This document shows, in pieces, positions 1 through 9,735 of a DNA stretch of 64,000 bases. The stretch comes from Candidatus Latescibacterota bacterium (GTDB taxonomy: Bacteria; Latescibacterota; CBDEFO01): NCBI GenBank assembly GCA_965248755.1, contig OZ252149.1:4448001-4512000 (forward strand), written 5' to 3'. Each line of letters begins with the position of its first letter. Position 1 is the stretch's first letter. The notes under the pieces were generated by a model. It made no database searches and was not told the DNA's origin. It saw only the letters and a list, made by a program, of their open reading frames with translations. A program made the position numbers and the translations under genes.

Positions 1-1083
1 TATGCCTGTGAGATTGAGTTAGATTGGGATTATGTCTTTTCAAAGTCCCTGGATGAAGGATTATCGGGTCTGGTGTATAAGAGTTTGAAACAGACAGCAG
101 TAGAGGACAGGGTTCCACAGGATGTTTTAGAGGATCTAAAAGAGGAGTACTATAGGTCTTTCGGCCGGAACATGGTCCTCCATGCTGCTACCTTAGAGGT
201 GTTAAAGGCGTTTGAGGATGAAGGAATAGATTGCATCGTTCTTCCGGGCGTATCGCTTATGGATGTGTATAAGGATCCAGGTTTAAGACCGATGGAGGAC
301 GTAGACATACTGGTACGAAAAAGGGACCAGAGTAAAGCAAGGTGGACGATGCGGAACTTGGGGTATCAGGACAGCGGAAGGTATAAAGATGTCTTTGTAA
401 AGAACATGACGATCTTCTTCGATTTGCACACGGATCTTATGAACGCCTCAAGGATAGGTGCAAGGAGGTTTGCCCTCGGGATAAAGGAGGAGGATATATG
501 GAGCGAAGCCCTTAAAAGAGGAGATGGTAGAGGGGCTTTCCTATCAAAAGAGGATACGATCTTATATCTGGCGGCTCATGTCCTTAAACACTCTTTCAAC
601 AGGAAGATATGGTTCGTTGACATCAGAAGATTATTAGAAAGTTGGGACATAAATTGGAGGCGGTTATTGAGTCGGGCCCGCCATTTCAACCTGGAAAAGC
701 CCCTGTACTACTCTTTGACATACGTGAAGGAGATTATGGATGCGGATATTCCGAAAGACGTGTTAGAAGAGATGAAACATTTGAAATTTAACTTTCTGGA
801 AAGAGCGGTTCTGCGTTCGGCTCTGGAAAACAGGAGCGTCGACAAATTGGGCGACCTCCTGTTGTTGTTTAACATAGAGCAGAGAGGGAAAAGGTTCGAG
901 TTTCTTAAGGAGACCTACCTTCCCAGGCCTGAGGTGATGGCACAGGTCTTCCCAAGGGCGTCACAGAGATCTTCCTTTCTTGCGTATCTTTTAAGGTTTA
1001 TACAGTTAGTCTGGGAGGGTTCTAAAGGATCAGCCGGGTTTTTGATGGGACTTGTGGGAGAACGGAGAGGATGGGAGACATAA
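1..1083 (+). CDS. Nucleotidyltransferase family protein (NTP_transf_5-like), 5'-truncated by window edge
   Basis: Frame is open from base 1 (YACEIELDWDYVF...). Motifs: LPGVSL (usually LKG), 'YKDPGLRPMEDVDILV', 'DLH', 'YLAAH', 'WFVDI'. Confidence 0.85.
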   Translation, partial: YACEIELDWDYVFSKSLDEGLSGLVYKSLKQTAVEDRVPQDVLEDLKEEYYRSFGRNMVLHAATLEVLKAFEDEGIDCIVLPGVSLMDVYKDPGLRPMEDVDILVRKRDQSKARWTMRNLGYQDSGRYKDVFVKNMTIFFDLHTDLMNASRIGARRFALGIKEEDIWSEALKRGDGRGAFLSKEDTILYLAAHVLKHSFNRKIWFVDIRRLLESWDINWRRLLSRARHFNLEKPLYYSLTYVKEIMDADIPKDVLEEMKHLKFNFLERAVLRSALENRSVDKLGDLLLLFNIEQRGKRFEFLKETYLPRPEVMAQVFPRASQRSSFLAYLLRFIQLVWEGSKGSAGFLMGLVGERRGWET

Positions 1084-1143
1084 TCTTTTGTCTGCTGTCT
1101 ACTTTTTAAAGGGTCTGTTTGAAAATAAAAGGAGGGAACTCCT

Positions 1144-2325
1144 ATGGATCTCCAAAGAAAAGGAGTTATAATAGGCGTGATGGTCTTATTAGTAGGGTGT
1201 GCAGCAAGTGTGCCCGCCCCTCAAGTAGGAGATAACGACGGGGTTGGGAGGCTTGAAGGGGCCTATGTACATCGTTTGCCTGAGCCAGGCCCTGCTGAGA
1301 ATAGGTCGTACACCGAGGAATTCGGCTTCCCTGAGTATCTGATAGGACCGACCGATGAGCTGAAGATAAAATTGGCTTTTGGGACCCAAGAGACTGAGGA
1401 GACCGTTGTCGTGCGACCGGATGGGAGGATCTCCTTTGAGTTGGTTCATGATCTGGAAGTGGCGGGTTTAACTCCAAGGTAAGTGGACGATCTCCTGACA
1501 GAGTCTCTAATTGTATATCTGAAAGTTCCAAAGGTGGATGTGTTGGTGGATAAATACAACAGTAGGAGGGTGGCTCTATTAGGCGCGATACAGACTACTC
1601 AGCAGGCGGGAGACAATGGACCGGGCGTCTATTCACTAACTGGGAAAAAGACCGTGTTGGATATTATCCTGGAGGCAGGCGGACCTACGGACGATGCGCA
1701 GTTGGACAGTATCAAGTTGACCAGGGGGAGTAAAGAATATATCATAAATCTTAATAGGATAAAGGACGCAAGTATCACTTTGGAGGGAGGAGACCTTGTA
1801 CGAGTGCCCGGATTGTCGGTGGTGGATAGGAAGGTACTAGTGATAGGAGAGGTTAGATCTCAAGGGGTGTTCAGCTTCCCAAGCGACGTGAGTGTGATGG
1901 AGGCTGTTATCAGGGCCGGCGGCTTCACGAATGACGCTGTAAGGAAGGATATAAAGATTATAAGAGGAGACGCGTCTAACCCTCAGATGTTTTCTGTGGA
2001 TGCGGAAAGCATATTGGAGAACGCTGATCTGGCTCAGAATATTATACTTGAAAATAACGATATTCTTTATGTTCCGAGGTCATTCATATCGGATATAAAT
2101 GTTGCCATAAATAAGATAAACCCGATATTGAGCCTAATTGTGTGGCCGAGCACCTATAGGGACCTGTACACGACAGGCGGCGGCTTGAGGATAGATACGG
2201 GACCTCCGGAGACAGGCACTACCACCCTGCGGACGCTCCCAATAGGTAAGCCCACAGCGGGAGCGAAGGCTGTGGCTGACAACGAGAAAGATTCCAAGGA
2301 AAAAAAGACCTCTCAAGATGAGTAG
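1144..2325 (+). pseudogene. wza: Polysaccharide export outer-membrane lipoprotein (Wza-like, Poly_export + SLBB) interrupted by an in-frame TAA at 1480-1482
   Basis: Lipobox LVGC. 'EYLIGPTDEL...VRPDGRISF...VAGLTPR*VDDLL' continues in the same frame into SLBB repeats (AGG motifs). SD AGGAGG upstream of 1144. Confidence 0.85.
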
Positions 2326-2348
2326 ACAGGGAAGGACAGTGGTAAAGA

Positions 2349-5300
2349 ATGGCGTCTCAATATGAATTAAGCTTAAGAGACTACTGGCGGATACTGCGCA
2401 AGCGGAGGTTTCTCATTGCCTTCACTGCGTTGATGTTGGGGATATTCACCTTTATGGTGAGTTCTTTTTCAAGACCTGTCCTCAAATATAGCGCCTCTGC
2501 AAAGATACAGATTGAAAAGGAAACTTCACCGACCAGTCAATATACCGATGCACTATCGTCGTACTACGGAGGAGGAGGTGACCTGGAGACAAGAAAAGGT
2601 GTTATAAGAAGTCAGAAAGTTTTGTCTATCGCCTCCAAAAACTTAGGACGGATAGGAAAAGACATCAGTTTGACAGAAATAGCCGATACCCCTGAATATA
2701 TTCGCAAGATCGAAAGCCTTGAGAAGAGCGTGAGTATTGAGCAGGAAGAACTTACCGATATTATAACCATCTCAGCCGTACACATCTATCCTGATACGGC
2801 GGCAAAGATTGCAAACGCTGTCGCAGAGGCATATAAGGATTACCACTGGGATCAGGTGACGAGCCAGCCCAGAGAATCCATAAGACGCATAAAGGAGTTG
2901 ACGGACGCTGAGAAAGATAGTCTGGCGCAGGCCGAGATGAATTTGAAAAGGTACAGGGAGGAAAAGAATATCATCTCTTTGGTCGCTCAGACGAGCCTTG
3001 TGCTGAGCGAGAAGTCCATAACTCGAAGATCGCATTCGGAGGCAGAGTCAGCTTTAGATCAGATCAATGATGTTATTAAGCAGGTAGATAAGGTGGGAAC
3101 TATATCGGAGGAGGCGCTGGAGAGCCTGCCCGAAAAGATCGCTACAGGTGTTTTCATGTCTTTGGCAACAAGCCTAACTAATCTAAACAGCGAAAGGGAA
3201 GTCTTGCTTCTAGACTATAGTGAGAGGCACCCTCAGATTCGGGTGACAGATATTAAGATCGCTCAGGTCAAGAAGGATATGGTCGAGGAGCTAAAGGGGA
3301 TGCAAAAGACGCTGGAGGTCGAGCAGAAAAAGTTCAAGACGAGGCTGGACGCCCTATCGTCGGAGGAGAGTAGTATCCCTCAAATGAGACTGGAGCTTGA
3401 GAGGCTTATGGCAGAGGTGGAAGGAAGGCGTATCATAGTTACGGCTTTAGAGCAACAGTACCATACAGCGAGGATACAAAAGGAGAGCACCGGGGCCGAA
3501 CGGGTGGTGATAATTCAACAGGCATTCGCATCCAGTGTACCCATAAATCCGACTAATCCTCTGTCTATAGCTGTTGTAGGATCTGCCATAGGCATGATAT
3601 TAGGGCTCCTTTTTGCATTTATTGCTGAGACTATGGACACTTCTATAGGGACGATCGAGGACGTCGAAGAGTATGTGGGGGCTTCTGTAGTGGGGCTGAT
3701 ACCTCACATAGATATTGAAGAGGTCAAAGCGTCTCTGATGGCCAAGGGAGTGGCTGATCAAGATGAAGCGGCTATAGAGCAGAACGCCCGATTGGTAGCG
3801 CATTTTGATCCTCAGTCTAACATAGCAGAAAGCTACAGGGCCTTAAGAACGAACATCCAGTTTTTGACTGTTGAGAAGAACGCCAAAAGTGTTTTGGTCA
3901 CAAGCTCCACCCAGCAGGAGGGTAAGACGACGACGATGGTGAATTTTGCCATGACCATGGCTCAGGTGGGGGAAAAGACGCTCCTTATAGACACCGATTT
4001 GAGAAAACCTGTGGTCAATAAAGTATTCGGGTTGGAAAGAGAACCTGGTATGTCGGACGTGATACTGGGCAATTACGACTACAAGGACGTTGTCAGGACT
4101 GTGGCGGACATAATGACAGGGGAAATGGGCATGGAGGATATTATGATGACCCCTGGGATGGATAATCTGAACATAATCACCAGCGGAACGATTCCCCCTA
4201 ACCCCACTGAAATATTGAGCTCACAGTCTATGAAGGATTTCATAAGGGAAGTGGAGGAGGACTACGATATAGTGCTCTTTGACTGCCCCCCCATACTCCA
4301 GGCCACCGACGCAGCCATCTTGGCCCGAGAAATAGATGGGGTGATCCTGGTATATAGGGTGGGTGAGGTTCCGAGAAATTCCTTGAAGCGGGCAAAGCTT
4401 CAGTTGGATCAAGTGGATGCTCAGACGCTGGGGATTGTGCTGAACGGCGCTCGCGCGGATATAAGCTCGGACTTCTACGATATGAGGTATTACTATTCGT
4501 CGTATTACGCTTACGGTAGTGAACAGAAAGAGGAATCGAAAGCCGGACTGCTGTCCAGGCTCGTGGATAACGCCAAATCTCTATTCGGCAGCAGTAATGG
4601 TAAAGATTCAGAAAAGGGCGAACGCTCCGCCGAAAGCAAAGACAGCGAAACAGGAAAAGGCAAAGTTGCAAGATTAGGGGTCAACGTTTTCTTGTCTGCG
4701 TTTGTGGCCGTAGGGTTTATGTGGCAGATGGGTCTGATATCGCTTGGAAAGCAGATAGATAGAAAACGTACAGAAAACACAGAAATTACAATCGATAGAG
4801 AATTGACAGAAACACCTAAAGGAATTGGGGAGGGAAAGGTAGATGCCCCTATTGACAAAGAGTCCAAAGTAAAAGGGGCGTATCAGAGCCAAACGGGGAC
4901 TCCGAAGAGTATTCAAGCATCTTTTGCGGAAAAAGGCGTTTCAAAGGAGACGAATGCAGATCCAGAACGAGATATTGCAGGGGCGTTGGACTCCTCCCAT
5001 GAAACCGATGGGTCCCAAAGCGTCGCCACAGCAGCGCTTGCGCCCGAAGAGAAAGATCCAGTTTACTTAAAGGATATAGCAGAACGTCTACAGCGAACCG
5101 AGAATCTTCCCATGGAGACAAACCATGACAGAAAGAGACCTTTCTCCGTACATGTAGGATCGTATAAGATACTAGAAAATATGAATCTACAGATGGAACG
5201 ACTCAGGGCAAAGGGATACGAGGTGTTTGTCGTGGGTGCAAATATGGGCGGTGACACCTTCCACAGGATTTTGGTAGGCGGGTTCGAAAACATCGTTGGA

Positions 5301-5591
5301 GCAAAGGTACAAGCTGATCATTTGAAAATGAGGGGCCATACAGATTATGCGGAGGTTATGGATTTGCCTTACGGCGTGGAGATAGGCACCTTTGACCTGA
5401 GGGAACTTGCCCAATATGAAGCTGATGAGTTAATAAAGGATGGCTATTATCCGTATATAACGGTTGCAGATGGACTGGACAGCGCAAGTTTCAGTTTAAT
5501 GTTAGGAGCGTTTAAGACAGAAAAGGAGGCCGAAGCGTTCTCCCAAGAGATGGGAGGAAAGGGAAAGTCTAATCAGGTCATCCTCAGATAG
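2349..5591 (+). CDS. wzc: Wzc-like polysaccharide co-polymerase/BY-kinase with an additional C-terminal TM helix and SPOR domains
   Basis: N-terminal 'LRDYWRILRKRR' + TM, coiled-coil periplasmic region, second TM, 'AESYRALRTNI', Walker A 'QQEGKTT', 'DTDLRKP', 'DCPP', Tyr cluster 'YYYSSYYAY', then a TM and 'FSVHVGSYK...HRILVGGF' SPOR-like repeats. Confidence 0.9.
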   Translation: MASQYELSLRDYWRILRKRRFLIAFTALMLGIFTFMVSSFSRPVLKYSASAKIQIEKETSPTSQYTDALSSYYGGGGDLETRKGVIRSQKVLSIASKNLGRIGKDISLTEIADTPEYIRKIESLEKSVSIEQEELTDIITISAVHIYPDTAAKIANAVAEAYKDYHWDQVTSQPRESIRRIKELTDAEKDSLAQAEMNLKRYREEKNIISLVAQTSLVLSEKSITRRSHSEAESALDQINDVIKQVDKVGTISEEALESLPEKIATGVFMSLATSLTNLNSEREVLLLDYSERHPQIRVTDIKIAQVKKDMVEELKGMQKTLEVEQKKFKTRLDALSSEESSIPQMRLELERLMAEVEGRRIIVTALEQQYHTARIQKESTGAERVVIIQQAFASSVPINPTNPLSIAVVGSAIGMILGLLFAFIAETMDTSIGTIEDVEEYVGASVVGLIPHIDIEEVKASLMAKGVADQDEAAIEQNARLVAHFDPQSNIAESYRALRTNIQFLTVEKNAKSVLVTSSTQQEGKTTTMVNFAMTMAQVGEKTLLIDTDLRKPVVNKVFGLEREPGMSDVILGNYDYKDVVRTVADIMTGEMGMEDIMMTPGMDNLNIITSGTIPPNPTEILSSQSMKDFIREVEEDYDIVLFDCPPILQATDAAILAREIDGVILVYRVGEVPRNSLKRAKLQLDQVDAQTLGIVLNGARADISSDFYDMRYYYSSYYAYGSEQKEESKAGLLSRLVDNAKSLFGSSNGKDSEKGERSAESKDSETGKGKVARLGVNVFLSAFVAVGFMWQMGLISLGKQIDRKRTENTEITIDRELTETPKGIGEGKVDAPIDKESKVKGAYQSQTGTPKSIQASFAEKGVSKETNADPERDIAGALDSSHETDGSQSVATAALAPEEKDPVYLKDIAERLQRTENLPMETNHDRKRPFSVHVGSYKILENMNLQMERLRAKGYEVFVVGANMGGDTFHRILVGGFENIVGAKVQADHLKMRGHTDYAEVMDLPYGVEIGTFDLRELAQYEADELIKDGYYPYITVADGLDSASFSLMLGAFKTEKEAEAFSQEMGGKGKSNQVILR

Positions 5592-5726
5592 GAAGATGGC
5601 CCTCCTATCGAAAAGTTCATATGCCTGATCTTTCCTGGCCACTTGTGTCATTGCTTGCCTGGCTTTTTAATCAAAGATATTAAGTAGCTTGAAAACTTGT
5701 TGGATATATTAAGTCAGTAGACAGGT

Positions 5727-5849
5727 GAGATTCCTTCAGGTTTTGGGCCTCGCAATGACAAAAGTCTTTGCACTGTCATTGCCATCCGAAGTCCAGAGCC
5801 TTGGCTCAGAGCAAAGCAAAGGCTCTGCGAAGGGTCAGTGAGCAATCTC
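5727..5849. repeat. REP-like inverted pair (GAGATT...CGCAATGACA / TGTCATTGC...GCAATCTC) with a nested palindrome
   Basis: The same motif family recurs at 16534, 20674, 24247, 45623 and 53854. Confidence 0.7.
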
Positions 5850-5960
5850 CGTTAGGTCGCCTTTTCCTCTTAAGACGTTTACTATCTTGGATCTCTATAG
5901 TCTTGGCCAGAATATTTTCACCCGACACTCAGTTGGCGTAGATTTCAGGTCGAAGGGAAG

Positions 5961-6272
5961 GTGATTTCAGTGCCATATTCGAGCCATTCAAGGCACTCAC
6001 GCCGTTCACGCCGTAGAAGAAGTGGACGATCTAATGTAAAGAGGGAGACCAAGCTATATCTGGCTATAACACTTGCGTGCTTTTTAGCTGCCGCTTTCAT
6101 AAGTTTTGTGACAGGCGCAGCCCCCGATCTCATAAAGGGCTTTATCAGTAATTATGTCCAAAAAACGATAAGCACTGAGATCAAAAAGGCTCAGGAGGAA
6201 ATATCCTCTGGGGGTGGTATGGACGTCGATAAGATGAAAGAGATGATGGGAAAATCAAAAAGGGGAAGATAG
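5961..6272 (+). CDS. Small single-TM protein with Ser/Arg/His-rich N-terminus
   Basis: 'SSHSRHSRRSRRRRSGRS' followed by a hydrophobic helix. Co-oriented within the EPS locus. Confidence 0.6.
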   Translation: MISVPYSSHSRHSRRSRRRRSGRSNVKRETKLYLAITLACFLAAAFISFVTGAAPDLIKGFISNYVQKTISTEIKKAQEEISSGGGMDVDKMKEMMGKSKRGR

Positions 6273-6327
6273 TTAGTCTTTTATTGAGTTTTGAACGTGT
6301 GGTTTTAGAACATATAAGGCGTAATAT

Positions 6328-7725
6328 ATGAACTCTAGCTATAGAAACTCAAGTGTGCTTTCCTTGGCAGGAATAGTTGTCTTAACGCTGTTACTGTCCC
6401 TGGTAGTATCGAGGATACCATACGAAATGAGTTTTGCCCTCGTTATAGGGGCCTGTGTGCTTGTCGTCAGTTTTTTGTACGCAGAGGCAGCTATTTATAT
6501 CCTTATCCTTTCAATGCTCCTTTCACCTGAGTTTGGAACCAGAGAGACAAGCGGAGAGGGAGCGACTATCCGACTGGAGGATATACTTCTGGTGGTCGTA
6601 GGTTGCAGTTGGTTAGCGAGGATGGCTGTACATAAGGATCTGGGATTCTTTTTGAAGACGGAGTTCAACCGTCCGATTCGGAACTATGCAATGGCGTGTA
6701 TACTTGCCACAGGAGCAGGGATACTCTACGGAGACGTTAAATCTCCGATCACAGGCTTCTTTTTCGTCTTGAAATACATAGAGTACTTTGTGATGTTTTT
6801 TATGGTGGTAAATCATATCGAGAGCAGAAGACAGGTCAGATCGTTTCTGATAGTGGCTTTGATAACGTGTTCCATTGTATGTTTTGCATCTTTGGCTCAG
6901 ATACCGGCGGGAGGTAGGATAACTGCACCCTTCGAAGGAGAAGGTGGCGAGCCGAATACGCTGGGCGGCTATCTGGTTCTCATGCTGTCTCTGGTGCTAG
7001 GACTCCTTTTTAATATGGATGATCGGGATTCAAAAACGTATAAGAGGGCGCTGTTAGGACTTTCGTTTATGTGTGCAGTTCTGATTCTATTTACACAGTC
7101 GAGAGGGTCGTGGATGGCTGTGGGGGTTATGTACGTAACGCTGACTGTCTTAAGTAAGAGGAGACTATTGCTCATCCTGGGGCTCTTGGTAGTGATTCCT
7201 CTTTCTCCAGTTATCCTGCCAAAGGCTGTTAAGGAGAGGGTGTCGTACACGTTCAAAAAGGGCGAATCGGAGCAGTGGAGGAAAATGCAAAGGGACGTAA
7301 GCGGTGTTACTCTGGATACTTCGACTTCAGATAGATTGGGGGCTTGGGAGAACGCCTTAAAGGGATTTCTGCGTCATCCGATACTGGGATATGGGATTAC
7401 AGGTTGGAGATTCTTGGACGCTCAATTTATAAAGACGCTGGTCGAAACAGGACTTGTGGGTCTCACCGCCTTCATCGCCCTCTTGGTCAAGATCCTTCAG
7501 GTGGCGTGGAGAACTTACAAACAGACCGAAGATAGAATGTACAAAGGGATATGCATGGGATTTTTTGTCGGTACGGTCGCTATGATCGCACATGGACTCT
7601 TCGCAAATACGTTTATTATAGTCAGAATCATGGAACCGTTCTGGCTCATCGGGGGGTTCGTGGTGATAATCCCTCTTCTGGAGGCAAAAGCAAAGGAGGC
7701 ATCGTTGGAGACTGTAGCTGCTTAG
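6328..7725 (+). CDS. O-antigen ligase / Wzy polymerase family protein
   Basis: Multi-TM protein with 'EPNTLGGYL', 'TQSRGSW', 'R..AW...HPILGYG', 'ETGLVG' motifs. Confidence 0.85.
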   Translation: MNSSYRNSSVLSLAGIVVLTLLLSLVVSRIPYEMSFALVIGACVLVVSFLYAEAAIYILILSMLLSPEFGTRETSGEGATIRLEDILLVVVGCSWLARMAVHKDLGFFLKTEFNRPIRNYAMACILATGAGILYGDVKSPITGFFFVLKYIEYFVMFFMVVNHIESRRQVRSFLIVALITCSIVCFASLAQIPAGGRITAPFEGEGGEPNTLGGYLVLMLSLVLGLLFNMDDRDSKTYKRALLGLSFMCAVLILFTQSRGSWMAVGVMYVTLTVLSKRRLLLILGLLVVIPLSPVILPKAVKERVSYTFKKGESEQWRKMQRDVSGVTLDTSTSDRLGAWENALKGFLRHPILGYGITGWRFLDAQFIKTLVETGLVGLTAFIALLVKILQVAWRTYKQTEDRMYKGICMGFFVGTVAMIAHGLFANTFIIVRIMEPFWLIGGFVVIIPLLEAKAKEASLETVAA

Positions 7726-7758
7726 GTCAAGCCGGGACATGTTCACACATCGGAAAAT

Positions 7759-8331
7759 ATGAAGAAACAAACGCAAATTAACGGAATGCTGTCACCACTA
7801 TTGCAAAATATAAGGATAAAGAAGGCGTTACCCTTTATACGTGGAAATTGCATACTTGATGTTGGGTGTTCAGCAGGAGAAATGCTTCGATATCTTCCAC
7901 ATGATGTCGACTACATAGGAATTGAAGGAAACGCTACTTATTTCAAAAATGCGCAATTATTATATCCGGATCATAATTTCATCAATCTGTATATTGACGG
8001 TGATAACTCCGCTAATTTAGATGTACCTGAGAGAGACACAATTATTATGCTTGCGATTTTGGAACATTTAAACCAGCCGATGGAGACCTTAAGAAACTTA
8101 AGAAGCTATTTATCCCAAGAGGGAATTATTATTATCACGACCCCCAGTAACTACGCAAGATATGTTCTCCAGATAGGATCAAGATTTAGAATATTCTCTA
8201 GCGAGATGGATGAGCATAAGAATCACTTTTCCCAATCGGAGCTCATATCAATCTGTAGGGATGCAGGCTCAACAATTATCTGCTATTCCAGATTTGAGTT
8301 TGGGATGAATCATTTGATTGTGATAAAATAG
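7759..8331 (+). CDS. Class I SAM-dependent methyltransferase
   Basis: 'ILDVGCSAG', 'ILEHL', 'IIITTP'. Visibly AT-richer than its neighbours. Confidence 0.85.
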   Translation: MKKQTQINGMLSPLLQNIRIKKALPFIRGNCILDVGCSAGEMLRYLPHDVDYIGIEGNATYFKNAQLLYPDHNFINLYIDGDNSANLDVPERDTIIMLAILEHLNQPMETLRNLRSYLSQEGIIIITTPSNYARYVLQIGSRFRIFSSEMDEHKNHFSQSELISICRDAGSTIICYSRFEFGMNHLIVIK

Positions 8332-8428
8332 TGATCGGTAAGTTCGACGGAGCCGATGGGGTGCTTTTGCAAGGACAGGTAAAGCGTACATTAGAAGATA
8401 TTCCCAAAGACAAGGTTATGGACGAGAC

Positions 8429-8725
8429 GTGGATATAAATGTGAGGAATGTCAAGTCATCGGTTAAGTTGGAGTGTCCACTGCGACGCGAGGATCTGTTG
8501 TGCAGAGAGATAGACGCCGAAGGTGTCGTCTACGACTGGAAGGGAAATTCAGTTCACTCTCTGAACCTGACAGCGGCTTTTGTCTTTAAGTTGTGCGATG
8601 GAGAACACTCTGTAGAGGATATAACAAATAAGGTTGCGTCTAACTTCGACGTGAAACGGGAAAGGGCCCAAGAAGATGTGGAAAGGGTCATTGAAGAGTT
8701 AAAGGAACTGAGGCTTTTGGAATAA
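8429..8725 (+). CDS. PqqD family (RiPP recognition element-like) protein
   Basis: 'EGVVYD...HSLNLTAAFVFKLCDG..SVEDI...DV...IEEL..L.LL' pattern. Confidence 0.85.
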   Translation: MDINVRNVKSSVKLECPLRREDLLCREIDAEGVVYDWKGNSVHSLNLTAAFVFKLCDGEHSVEDITNKVASNFDVKRERAQEDVERVIEELKELRLLE

Positions 8726-8800
8726 TACGGAGAATAGTGACTGCAAGAACGACGTATAGTTGAAAACATCCCCTGGACGTATAAGGACGGGTTTAGGTTT

Positions 8801-9628
8801 GTGAGTTTCGAGGTGCTTTTCAGGACTAACTGGGAGGATTTGAGCAGAAAGGTTAAGAGTCTCTATCGTTATTTTTATTCTGAGGATCTAGAAGAAAGGG
8901 ATGCGATTTACTCTGTCGCTGTCCAGAGCGTAGAAGCAACAGATGAGAAGGTCTTTACGGTCTTTGAAAGGGGAGAAGTTCTGTGTCGAACGTATGATCT
9001 GGCACGTCTTCTCCCCTTTTTAGAAAACCAAATTACAGATACGGCTTTACGTGGGTTGGACAATTTCTTTCAGATCCACTCGGGGGTTGTAAGCAGAGGT
9101 GGAAAGGCTTTGCTCCTTCCGGGGCCTCAGGGCAGTGGGAAGACCACTTTGGCGCTCGGACTGGTTCTTTCAGGATTCAAGTATTTATCTGAGGAAGTGG
9201 CTTTAATAGAACCTAGTTCACTGGATGTGGTTCCATTTCCGAGGAGCCTGTGCTTTAAGGAAAGGTCATTTGCCACTCTTAAAAGGTTGATGTCTAAGAT
9301 TGAAGCGAAGGACACTGAGTGGGGAATAGATCGTGGAGGAGTCCATTTTATAGATGTGACAGACATAGCTGCGGATCCTTACGGAGAACGCGCTCCTGTG
9401 GGATATGTGGTCTTTCCAAGGTACAACCCACACAGCAAGTCAGTTCTCTCAAAGATAAGTCGTGCTGAAGCCGCATCCCGGATTGCCCAGATGTCGCTGA
9501 ACTTCTCCTGTTACGGCAAGAGCGGGGCAGATATAGCAGTAGAAATAGCAAGAAATGCAGAGTGCTGGGCTCTGTCTGTGGGTGATCCGGAGGAATCCGT
9601 AAGCTTAATTTCAGGGTTAGTAGGTTAG
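8801..9628 (+). CDS. HPr kinase-related P-loop kinase
   Basis: 'IHSGVV...ALLLPGPQGSGKTTL...YLSEE' followed by 'PFPR'. Confidence 0.8.
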   Translation: MSFEVLFRTNWEDLSRKVKSLYRYFYSEDLEERDAIYSVAVQSVEATDEKVFTVFERGEVLCRTYDLARLLPFLENQITDTALRGLDNFFQIHSGVVSRGGKALLLPGPQGSGKTTLALGLVLSGFKYLSEEVALIEPSSLDVVPFPRSLCFKERSFATLKRLMSKIEAKDTEWGIDRGGVHFIDVTDIAADPYGERAPVGYVVFPRYNPHSKSVLSKISRAEAASRIAQMSLNFSCYGKSGADIAVEIARNAECWALSVGDPEESVSLISGLVG

Positions 9629-9674
9629 CGATCAGCTCTGGAAACGGTAATTGAGGGGTGTGCAGAATTGGAAC

Positions 9675-9703
9675 TTGACAAGATGAAAAGCACGGTGTAC
9701 GCT
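9675..9703 (+). promoter_or_regulatory. Putative sigma70 promoter
   Basis: TTGACA-N17-TACGCT just upstream of the 9736 ORF. Confidence 0.5.
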
Positions 9704-9735
9704 CTAATTCACGCCCCAGAAAGGATCGGTAAGAC

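Noticed and set aside
1480..1482. Selenocysteine/pyrrolysine or alternative genetic code at the wza internal stop
   Set aside because: The codon is TAA, not TGA or TAG, and all three stops terminate ordinary genes throughout the window.
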